DNA of 62,657 nt, filler included, from Choristocarpus tenellus KU-1152 (taxonomy: Eukaryota > Protista > Phaeophyceae): the NCBI GenBank assembly GCA_964200185.2. It is 10 parts of 10 records of this genome, joined end to end, with 100 filler letters (N's around TTAATTAATTAA, not from the genome) between each part and the next. Parts side by side here need not be neighbours in the genome. Positions count along the whole stretch, not along the records: positions 1 to 2,969 come from CAXNAD020023278.1; positions 3,070 to 7,390 come from CAXNAD020015127.1; positions 7,491 to 10,761 come from CAXNAD020021134.1; 7 more parts are not named here. One strand, given 5' to 3'. The notes below the pieces were generated by a model. The model saw nothing but the letters and a program-made list of their open reading frames with translations. It did not search any database and was not told the origin of the DNA. Of this stretch, positions 1 through 10,761 are shown one piece after another; the stretch's first letter is position 1, and each line of letters starts with the position of its first letter. The position numbers were made by a program, and so were the translations under genes.

Positions 1-1475
1 TCCCAGAAAAAGGGGGGGGGGGGGGGGGGGGCTGGGGGCTGCACAGATGGATAGTGCCTGTCTTGCTACAGAGTGTAGGAGCAACAATGCCATCTTTCAT
101 ACAAAAGATGGTACAACCTCAAATAGCTTGTGTTGCAAGAAAGCACAAGAAATCGGTCAAAGATCACTCCACACAGACACATTTAACACACACACACACA
201 CGCACACACACAAAAACATCACATTCTCTTTCAATACCCTTGTCATATCTTGATGCTCAAAACCAGTGGAATTTCCCTTGAAACAGACATGCTACCTCTC
301 CCCCCCCTTCCCCAACTTAATCCTCCTCCCACCCTTCCTCGTCAAGAGTTCCTGGTTCTTCACGAGATATGTACTGAGAGCTAGGATCATCTTGACACAC
401 ACCAACTAGACATCTCCAAACCCTCCCGTTCCTCTCTTCCTTCCCCTATTTCAAGAAGTGTGTGCCCATCAAGCGCCAGAAACCTGTACTGACCTCCGAA
501 ATACTGTAATGTATGCTGCAATATGTAACCTGTATGTCTTGCATTAACTCCAAAAAATGTACTGACCCCCCTACCTCCTTCCCCCCTCATCTTCCCAGTT
601 TAACCTCCCACAAGTACCTTTTAATCTTCCCGCTGGTCCTTAGGGGGTGGGGGAGTAGGGACCAAGGGGAGGGAGACAGCACAATGGTCTAACAACCAAT
701 CCCCCTCCCTCCCCACTCACCACTTCCCCCTTCCTCAAACTAGGACTGAGGAGGCTGAGAGGCTTCGCTAATTGTGTGCTTTGAAGAGGAGCATTATTAA
801 AAATAATAAACGGGTACATAAAGTTACTCGTCATCAGGGCCAGTGGGGAACAACTCTGGCTCCATCTCCATGAGGTCAAACCGAGTCAGTTTGAACTCGC
901 TGTTATCGAAGGTCTGACACATTAAATGTCAACAAATGTCAACATACAGGCAAGACAAGAGCGTGTTGACATACAGGAGGGGGGAAGTGGGGGTTGAAGG
1001 AAAGAAGTGGGTATGAGCAGTACCATTTGAAGGCAAGAAGATAGGGAGTTGGCAGGTACAATCGAAAAATACATATGAACACTTGTGGCACAACCACAAG
1101 CAAGCAAAACAAAGCCTTCTACATACCCTAGTATTTATACCATGGCTTTTCGCTGTGGTTATTGTTGAAAATGTTTATGGGAAAATTTCAAGTCGCGTGA
1201 CAAAAACTGGTGCACAATCGGGATGTCCACGCAACTTGGCAATGTTGTTACTTGAAGACACCATCAACAACAATAACCAGTAGAGCACTTCAAAAAAACT
1301 GCAATTGTCTTTCAAAAATATAGATCTATTTTGGGGGTACACACCGAGAACAGTACTGGTGACTCAAGTTTCCCAAATGATTGCCACAACAGAGGTAGTA
1401 CCAGCACACATATTCCACCAAAACAATGAAGAAATCAATCTCGGACTCCTTGCAAGGAATATAGTTAACACAAAC

Positions 1476-1628
1476 CTTGTCAACTGCGCCTGGATTAAGT
1501 GATCGCCACCAGGATAGGGGCAGAGTGAGCAGCTTGTCGGTCTTGCTAATGTACGCACGCTTCCGGAAGTTGTCGTATTCATTAGCCTCTATTGCCTCCA
1601 GAATCTTACTGTACATGTCCAATGACGC
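1476..1628 (-). CDS. PSY: Phytoene synthase, next exon (near C-terminus)
   Basis: Acceptor tgccag| and donor |gtttgt, 153 nt, in phase with the previous exon. ASLDMYSKILEAIEANEYDNFRKRAYISKTDKLLTLP matches the PSY 'LY..IL..IE.N.YDNF.KRAYV.K..KL..LP' motif. Confidence 0.93.
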
Positions 1629-1768
1629 CTGGCACATCGCATTGCATCACACAGGAATGTAAGGAGAGCAAAACCCAACCGATATCGGCAGCAACACAAC
1701 ACAGTCCAAGGGCGGTCAGTTAGAGATAGAATACTAGGGGGAAGGCCAATATAAAATATCTAGGGACA

Positions 1769-1896
1769 AGAAGGGGGTAGAACTAGCCTGCAATGGGAGT
1801 GTAGAGACAGAAGGGGGTAGAACTAGTCTGCAATGGGAGTGTAGAGACAGAAGGGGGTAGAACTAGTCTGCAATGGGAGTGTAGAGACAGAAGGGG
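1769..1896. repeat. 40-bp tandem repeat, about 3.2 copies, in a PSY intron
   Basis: Unit agaagggggtagaactagtctgcaatgggagtgtagagac starting at 1769, 1809 and 1849, with a partial copy at 1889. Confidence 0.95.
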
Positions 1897-2191
1897 AGAA
1901 TTTGTCCATGATAGGTGTGGCAAGAGAACGTGTGAGTAAAGATATAATAAAATTGTTTGGAGGGGGGTAATGATCAGGCAGGAAAGGTCAACGGGTTGAA
2001 ATGCCAGACTTTTTTCCTGGGAATAGTATTTTATATATTCCATACAAACCGGCCCATTAGAAGATGTAACATTCATTGTTACAAACCTCATGTTTGTCTG
2101 TGGCACTTTCCTACCACAGGCATTAAAAATATCACAATCAACCCTATCCTGTTCCACACTTCAAACACACACGCACACAAGTGCTCCTCAT

Positions 2192-2231
<40 letters not shown>

Positions 2232-2524
2232 CCCCCCCCACCACAAGCAAAATAAGGACTTAACTGGTAAATTTTTAAAAAAAAAAAAAAAAAAAAAAAA
2301 ATACTCNNNNNNNNNNTCCCACCCTTCAAACACCACCCCCCCCACGTGCTCCTCATTCCCCCCCCCCCCTCCCCCCCCACCTTTCCCTTAATGCTGCTAA
2401 GGCAAAAACGGGTAGATTCAATCATTCATCTGAAATTTTAAAAAATGAAATGAGGAAACAACTCCTGCTCTTCAAAAAGCAGTACCCTTCCACACATGCC
2501 TTCACTACAAAAAAATATATATAC

Positions 2525-2689
2525 CTGAACAGGTAGTCGGCTCTGAGGGGCAAGCATTGGGATACCCCTGGCAGCCTGCTTGTAGTAGAATCGTGCCCTG
2601 GCAATCTGGTACTTCATCATCTCCTTGTAGTTAGAATCAAGTATTCCATTCATGATGTTGTTCACCGGCACGCCAAAGCGGTTCAAGTC
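2525..2689 (-). CDS. PSY: Phytoene synthase, internal exon (C-terminal half)
   Basis: Acceptor tttcag| and donor |gtatat, 165 nt, phase 0/0. Translates DLNRFGVPVNNIMNGILDSNYKEMMKYQIARARFYYKQAARGIPMLAPQSRLPVQ, matching the PSY 'W..FM..QI.RAR.YY..A..GI..L...SR.PV' segment. Confidence 0.93.
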
Positions 2690-2969
2690 CTGAAATAAAT
2701 AATAATAATAATAATAATAATGAAATAAAACAGACAAGATAGAACAGTTAAAAACAGGAATACATTTTCGTTGTATTGGTGGGGCATCATGTGCTTGGAA
2801 GTGAAGTGAAGGGAAGGGGGAGGGAGACAAGGAGGATTGAGATGACATTGAGAAAAAAGGCTGGCATTTGCTCCATCACGTTTTGATTAAAATGTGCAGC
2901 TACCTGGGAAACTCTGTGAGGTGGGGTTGGGGGGGGGGGGGGAGGGGGGAGGTTGGGGGAGCACACGCC

Positions 2970-3069
2970 NNNNNNNNNNNNNNNNNNNNNNNNNNNNNNN
3001 NNNNNNNNNNNNNTTAATTAATTAANNNNNNNNNNNNNNNNNNNNNNNNNNNNNNNNNNNNNNNNNNNN
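2970..3069. other. Artificial contig linker (44N-TTAATTAATTAA-44N); same linker at 7391-7490, 10762-10861, 30363-30462, 36342-36441, 40565-40664, 47898-47997, 50931-51030, 58897-58996
   Basis: Identical 100-bp structure nine times; TTAATTAATTAA gives stops in all six frames. Confidence 0.98.
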
Positions 3070-4180
3070 CCCCCCTCCGCCTTTGTTACGAGGAGATGTA
3101 TAAAAGGGGGCCGGGCCCCCCTTTTTTCCCCGCTGATGGCCCCCCCCCCCCCCCCCCCCCCTGACTCCAGACTTGCACATCGGCAAACTGCTGTCTCTTT
3201 CCTTTTTCTTCCTTTGTAGTACTGCCATGTGTAGCATATTGTTTGCTCCAGCTCCCCACTTGAGCTCAACATGCTGCATTTTGTTGCCTCCCCTGCGTGG
3301 ATATCAATAATATCCAAGTATAAACAACTTAATCTATACACCCTTGGGCGCAATGTATACTTCTCTTTTTTTCGGATCATTTAACCCTTTGGGTGAAAGG
3401 CTGTGGGTGAGAGTGTTGCTACAATATAACCAAAATTTACAGTTCTGAGGTCTCAAGTAGAGACTTGAAGGCGTTTATGCCAACACTAAGTTCACAGCTC
3501 AGACTGTGTCGAGGGTCAGCTGGGTCTCATGTCCTTAGGGAAAAGTCAATGACCCTCAACCCAGGATGAATGCCAATCTAGTGCCCATCTATATCCTACC
3601 AACAGATGGCTGGGGATGAGAAATCTAGAATTTATGGTGCTGTGAGGTGCCTAAGGCAAAGTGTGTATTTCTGAACAGTTTATGAAAGTGGGGAGGGATT
3701 CTGGTGCCATTTGAAGTGTGTCCTCCAGATCAGTAAGCATATAACAGGACATGCCCTAACCCTTGCCCTAACTCTAACCCTAACCCCTAGAGTAAGTGCC
3801 ACTACCCAAAAAACCTGCGAAACAGTTTGAAAGAATATGCTACGGATCATTTCCCATATGTGTGCATAGGTAATCATACCACTCAAAATGCAAGACAAGC
3901 AGGTTGGATCTCTCCTTCCTCCCCCACACACCCTCCGCCCTGCACACACCCCCATTCATTGTCCTCTGGCAACATGTACACCCATCTTTACAAAGTGCTG
4001 CCCCCTTTTGTTCTGGCGATATGTTTTGTGTTAATAGCGCTAGCAGTAATGATAAGAGTAATAATAAAGTAGGCTTAGTAGTAGTAGTAGTAGTAAAAAC
4101 GATAATAATAACAATAATAATTACAACAATAGTAATGTTTGATACATCAACGAACGACCACAGAGCGGTGACTGCCATAG

Positions 4181-4394
4181 GAGCAGATTGCATGTGCCTG
4201 GTGCGGCACATGCTCGTTATGGTACCGGTACCGGCACTTCACCTATGTTGAAGGCGCAGTCCAAGATGTTGATTGACACTGGTTCCAGCAAAGTCAAGGA
4301 AAAAAAGCACTCAGGGTTTGGATGGGAAAAGCATTCTGTACCTATGGATGTGGTGGTAGACATTGAGGACAGTGAGGAGGAGAAGGAAGGGGAG
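4181..4394 (+). CDS. JmjC histone demethylase, probable upstream low-complexity exon
   Basis: ccatag| ... GAG|gtaagg; open frame (SRLHVPGAAH...DSEEEKEGE) ending in phase 0, compatible with the next exon. Confidence 0.6.
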
Positions 4395-4695
4395 GTAAGG
4401 GCACAGATGTGGGTTACTATGCTGTCATCTATACAGTCCAGTGCATGGTTGCGGCTAGTTGGTCTCTACCATGACTCTGATTCAATATTGGTGGGGTATC
4501 GTGTCTTGTACTGGAGCAGTAGCACCTACGTCTGTGGTCAACAAAATATAGTACAATGTTTTGCGGTACCAGACGCTTTTATTGCATACTTTGTGTATCA
4601 TATATGCATATGTATTTGCTGTATCTATTTGTCTACCACGTCATCAAAATATTATTCATATTTTGCTCTGCTCTCCGTTTGCTGTCTTCGAAACT

Positions 4696-4935
4696 AATGT
4701 GTATCGATATGAATGTGTATCGATATGAATGTGTATCGATATGAATGTGTATCGATATTAATGTGTATCAATATGAATGTGTATCAATATGAATGTGTAT
4801 CGATATGAATGTATATCAATATTAATGTGTATCGATATGAATGTGTATCAATATTAATGTGTATCGATATTAATGTGTATCGATATGAATGTGCATCAAT
4901 ATGAATGTGTATCGATATGAATGTGCATCAGTATG
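4696..4935. repeat. 16-bp minisatellite (atgtgtatcgatatga)n, about 14-15 copies, intronic
   Basis: Directly visible; variants tc[g/a]atat[g/t]a. Confidence 0.95.
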
Positions 4936-5232
4936 TATATGCTTGCAAGTGTGTATGTACTTCGTCACAGTATGTGTGCTGTTATGAGCATTTTGTGTAT
5001 GTATAGTTTATTCGGTACAAATGGTTTTAAATACACAATTTCAAGACTGTTTACTTCTTGTATACACATGAAGACACACCTTTCACCTCGCCATTATCAC
5101 CTTCTCCTTTTGGTTATTGCTTCTCATTCCTCCACCCACTGCACTTATGTGAATCCCTCATTGTTGTATTTGTACATACATACATATGCATATGTATATG
5201 TGTGTTTTGTATTTCTGCTTTGGGCATCCCAG

Positions 5233-5304
5233 GATACATTGAAGCTGAAGCAGCTCGAGCGGGAGTACTGGAAAGTGGTTGATGAGGGCTCTGAGGAGTG
5301 TGTG
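5233..5304 (+). CDS. KDM5/JARID-type JmjC demethylase exon
   Basis: cccag|...GTG|gtgagg; DTLKLKQLEREYWKVVDEGSEECV matches the 'VEREFWRLV' segment that precedes the KDM5 JmjC domain. Confidence 0.85.
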
Positions 5305-5553
5305 GTGAGGACCTTGGGGACATAGCCAGACACTATTTGAGTTGTGCTCTGTGAATGTACTTCGGAAAGTCAACAGTGAGAAAAGAAGTGCACTCAGGCC
5401 CCTGAAGGCATTACAACTCAAATCAGATTGCCAGAAAGGCTGAAGATTATTATCCGCTACGTACTATTCTATTCTATCACAGGTCGACCTCTGAAGTGCT
5501 TTGGGCATATATCCCAACTCGCTGTTAAGTTCTTCCCCCTGCTCTCAAACTAG

Positions 5554-5777
5554 GTGGAGTACGCCAATGACCTAGACACGTCCAAATACTGGAGTGGCTT
5601 CACTACCCCGCCAAAGGACTTCATGGAAGGAGCCTGCTTTGATCGCGATGCCCCTGTGAACTTGGACGACCCAAACTACTACAACACCTGTGGTTGGAAC
5701 CTCAATAACCTACCCTTTTGGCCTGGATCTGTTCTTCGCTACTACCGCACACATGTGACTGGACTGACACTTCCATG
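5554..5777 (+). CDS. KDM5/JARID-type JmjC demethylase exon
   Basis: actag|...TG|gtaagt; VEYANDLDTSKYWSGF...GWNLNNLPFWPGSVLRY...VTGLTLPW matches 'VEYGADL...GSGFP...WNLNNLP....SLL.....I.G...PW'. Confidence 0.92.
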
Positions 5778-6049
5778 GTAAGTCAAATAAACCCGATTAT
5801 TGCCCTTACTCTTGAACACACACACACCCATATACGCTGACGTCAGCAACTAACATCAACTACAAGTGCTTTAAACGAAACAGGTCAATCCCAGGCCTTA
5901 AACAGAGGTCACCTTAGTGCCCTTGTGCATTTCAACCCTTCAAGCCTCCCCTCAGCAAGTATTCAATGATTACATGAACCTCAAACTCTCTTGAAACAGC
6001 TACAGTATAAAATTATGCTGTTCTATGTGTTGTACCGCAACTGCTTTGA

Positions 6050-6487
<438 letters not shown>

Positions 6488-7617
6488 TGAGCTCAATCCC
6501 ATCCCTGTGGAAGGTATACTATCAACTGGAGAAGGGAATGTTCCCCCCCCCTTCCCTCCTTTCTTGCACAACACTGCTATTCATCAAACACGACATGCTG
6601 TCTGTCTCTGTGTTTGTGTACCTGTGTCTTTGTTGCTGGTTAGAGAGTGGTGACCATTGGAGTGACAACACATGAGACTACAGGCTCTATAGGCAGTGAG
6701 CATTGCATGTGTGTGTGAAGGAATTGGGTTTTATTTATGTTCAAGTGTTCAGCACTACTTATAGTTTCTTGGTAGTACTCAGGTATGTGCTGTGCTCTGT
6801 TTTAGCGTTGACCATTGGGCAAGCATTTTTTTTGGTACTCCATCATGGATCCACTTTCTGAGAAAATCGATTGTTTCATTTAAGGTCACGGTAATGACAA
6901 GGTTGACAACTTGGTCTCATGTAGACACACATTTTTATTAGTGAAAACTACATCGTCAAGACTCTCGCTTGCTCTGCAAGTAGGGTGCTACGAATGTGCA
7001 CCAGGAATTACGTGCTTTCAAGACTTCAGAATTTTGAATCCCGAAATATGTCTTCCTCAAGTCCATCTTCCGTCTTACTTTTGGTCCCAAGACTGAGAAA
7101 CAGAGTCTTCAGCTCTTTCAAGGGATCTCGGTAATGCAATGCTTGTGTGGATAATAATTGTGTAGAATTCACATGGTCCATATCTCTCCACTACCCAGTG
7201 ACTCCACACTTCTCTCCCACACTTGGTTGTCAAATAGGTATTGTCAGTGCTCCTCTCAGTATGTATGGGAGACATAGTATCTTGGAGGGTGGAGCCGTGT
7301 CCGTTTGGGGGTGAAAATCCAATGTTGCGATTTTGATATAATTTTGACTACCTGTTTGTTAGGAAGTGTCAATATTCTTGTTCTGTACACNNNNNNNNNN
7401 NNNNNNNNNNNNNNNNNNNNNNNNNNNNNNNNNNTTAATTAATTAANNNNNNNNNNNNNNNNNNNNNNNNNNNNNNNNNNNNNNNNNNNNTTTGGTCCAT
7501 ATGGACACCCTAGTGTAGACCCCCCCCCCCCTCCCAGATACTTTCGGTCGTATGGGTGCGCAGGAGATACGGAAAAGGGAAAAAAAGATAACCGCTCCAA
7601 CTGCACTATTTACCAAC

Positions 7618-9226
7618 CTTTGGAGCTCTGGTGTCCACTTGTCCTTGGGCAAAATCTGCCTGGTGCGCGAGATAAGCATCTCAGACATGTGCGCGTCCGA
7701 TTCGATCTCCTTGTGGTCCCTTGTCGTAGGAGGCTTCCCGCCGAACGACTTGTATCTGCTAAAATAGAATTGCCACAAAGGAGGTCAAGGAGAACGATGC
7801 GCAGGTTATGAAGAGGAAAGGGTCGCCACTGCAGCAAATATTCATCCCTCGATTGTCGTACTTCCTAAAAGACAAGAGCGCACATACACAGGCAACACGC
7901 AATGTAGAATTACCAGAATACTACGAAGGGATTTTCGTTCGACACAACAATGGCCGACTACATTCTTCCTCGTACGAGACACTTATTTCACCCTCTTGTG
8001 CAATGTGCTGCGACCTGCATAAACTGGACTTACTGCTGCCTACACGATAAAACACAGCGGCGTTGTGACTTGCCTAGCAAGCAGGTGGATGCATAGCCTC
8101 TGCTCGAGAGAAGTGAAGCCGGCAAACTCCTCGCTCATCAGATGGTTTAGTGAGATTGCTTTGCGGTCAATCTGTGGTGACGAGGACTCACACACTGCCT
8201 TCAGTACCTCGAAGGACTCTGGTTGAAGGGAGTTTACGCCTTGCTGCCAGTTTCGTAGAGTTCATTTCGACGGGGTAGTAGGGGGTTCAGGCAACACCAT
8301 CGATAAAACAATCAAGGACGCTTTTTATTGCACTTCTGTTATTAACCACACATACATACTGCATGGTCACCCGAAAATCAATACGTTGGTTGACAGGATA
8401 TCTAAACGCGGGATAACTATCTCAACTTAGGTTGAATAGTTCGACACTAGGGATATCTCGCAACAGCTGTAACCCAACTAGAGGAGGAGTAGAGAGCGAC
8501 CATCCCACCAATGTCTACAACTCTCTCTACATTCTGCGGATCTCTGCTAGTGTCACTTCTTTCTTGTTCGTCTGTCGCTTGATAGCTTCTTGGAGCTCGT
8601 GCTGAAAATATATCTTATCGTATAATGTGCGCTCAACCACACTCTCGGTCGCGTCGTTGAGTGCTATAAGCATGACGGTGCAGTGGGCGAACGGGACAAG
8701 GGTTAGGTGGGGAGCGATCGAGGGACACACGCGGCCTGCGGTATTGAGAAACATGTTGCTGTGGACAGGAATACCACGAGGGATAAAAAAGATGAGCAAC
8801 GAAAAGATCCACAATGGGCCGACTGACAATGAACATAGCAAGGGAAACTCGACAACAACTTCGTATATCAGAATAGTCATCAGGCGATCACGGAACAACG
8901 AAAACACTCAACTTACTTCGGTGCTTAGTTGATCAGAACGGTCAGGCGATTATGGAACAACGAAAAACACTCCATCACCCACCGTTGGCAATTAGCCTAT
9001 CTTCTGTTTGGTCGAACTCCATGTAGATCTGCATGGTGAAAGCGTGTGCGGGATCAAATACTCTCTTCAGCACCGTTACTCTATGGTTTCCGTCCAATAC
9101 GCGCCCTTCAATGGCAAGCGCAGTTTCGGCGTTGAGCTCATCCATATTACCTAAACTTTCTCGCTGGATGACAACACTTGGAGCAAACTGATCCAGCCAG
9201 CCTTTCTCCTTTATACCGCACCATAT
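7618..9226 (-). pseudogene. Spliced, decaying gene encoding a ParB/sulfiredoxin-like domain plus downstream helical region; exons about 8983-9226, 8527-8663, 8074-8261, 7618-7755
   Basis: Manual translation of 8983-9226: IWCGIKEKGWLDQFAPSVVIQ...IEGRVLDGNHRVTVLKRVF...TMQIY...DRLIAN. It splices in phase 1 to ALNDATESVVERTLYDKI. Exon 3 joins exon 4 in phase 2 through a GC donor. There is an in-frame TAG at about 8527 and a damaged acceptor at about 8262. Confidence 0.65.
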
Positions 9227-10214
9227 CTGTGCATGTGACGTGAATAAGTTTCATCTTGTATGAGCCTAGATAGTGTTGGCCCAAGAGCTGGGACATACCA
9301 ATAGGGGGTAGGTCCCACGTTCTGGATTCCAAACGTTCCCATTGGCGGGCGGGTGGGTTGTTGTTCTTGGAATGTTGGACATGGCAAAGATTGGGAGGGC
9401 GTGATGGGGATGGATAAGTAAGAGGTCTGTGTGGTATCTACGAAAGGGAATGAATTGAAATGAGGACTGAGGGATGGGAGGTGCTGTGTTATGTCGTCTG
9501 GTCTGTCGATCCTCAAAACTCAGATTTTACATTTTTTATGAGAATAGCGTTACAAAAATACGAATATCAAACAGCATACGCTTTCCTATTGAAGTGGGAC
9601 AGAGAGTGTCTGTATTTTTGTGACCTTTTCGTTTCGTACGTTTCGAACGTATTAGATCAATGAAGGATGTGTTTAGTATCTGCATTTGTTGGTGTAAAGA
9701 TTAGAATATCATTCTACTTTTGGAAAAACCCTAACACACGTGTTCTGAGTGTTCAACGGTAAACAACTTTGCCGGTAACCGTGAATAACGTAGATCCGCT
9801 TTTTAAAGTTATTTAGTGTTTATTTAAACCCTAAAGACGCCAAAAAGCGGATTTAGGGTTTATTTAAATAGTGGGTACCAGTTGGAAAGACTTCTCAGGT
9901 TTTCTGAAAATTGGAAACGTGTGAGACCCCTAAAGTGCGTTCTTGGTATTTAAAAAAACCCTACGAACGGTTTTTAGTGGATTTAGTATTAAAAAAAAAC
10001 CTAACGGACGTGTAAAGTGGATATAGACTTATTTTTGATTAGTGGTAATCATAATTAACTAAAGAATCACTTCTTATCAACTCTAACGTTTACGACAATC
10101 GCTACGTCCGATTCGGTAAGATTTTGTACTTCAAATACGTAGAGGGTTAGGGTTGTTTTTTGGCGTTTTGGTTACAGTAACTGTAAATTGGAAACATACA
10201 AGATAAATTAAATA

Positions 10215-10761
10215 AGTGGTTGGCATCTTGAAAAATACAAATCACTACTGATATAATTATATTAAAAAAAATAGAAATCACGGATATAATTTGATCTACA
10301 ACTTCTAAAAAATGNNNNNNNNNNAGGGTGGCTCCACCGATCGCCCGAGGATCAAACAAAGTTGATTTTGGAACATTGGAAATGTACAATAACAATTAAT
10401 TATATGATTGGTATCTTAAAAATCCAAATCACTGATATAATTGGATTTTAAAAAAATGGAAATCATGGATATAATCTGATTTACAACTTCTGAAAAATGT
10501 AACGCACGGATTTTCAGGATTGGTGGGATCTCAAGGTGGTCCCACCGATCACCCGAGGATCAAACAAAGTTGATTTCGGAACATTAGAAATGTACAATAA
10601 TAATTAGTTATGTGATTGGTATCTTGAAAAATACAAATCACTGATATAATTGGATTTAAAAAAAATGGAAATCACGGATATAATCTGATTTACAACTTCC
10701 GAAAAATGTAACGCACGGATTTTCAGGATTGGTGGGATCTCAGGGTGGTCCCACCGATCAC
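10215..10761. repeat. About 210-bp AT-rich tandem satellite, at least 2.5 copies, running off the contig end
   Basis: ccaccgatc at about 10334, 10541 and 10751; the block aaatcactgatataattggattt...gatttacaacttc is repeated. Confidence 0.92.

Noticed and set aside
469-483. Possible terminal PSY mini-exon (tacag|VSGA*)
   Set aside because: Too short to verify, and other AG acceptors are equally plausible.
2155-2390. Duplicated cttcaaacac...gtgctcctcattcccc and poly-Pro/poly-Gly/poly-Lys ORFs
   Set aside because: Homopolymer runs around a 10-N scaffold gap; probably an assembly artefact with spurious ORFs.
3014-3025. Recurrent TTAATTAATTAA palindrome as a regulatory site or CRISPR-like repeat
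   Set aside because: Always centred in 44N flanks; it is a synthetic six-frame stop linker.
1769-4935. 40-bp and 16-bp tandem arrays as CRISPR
   Set aside because: Head-to-tail units without unique spacers, intronic, and no cas genes.
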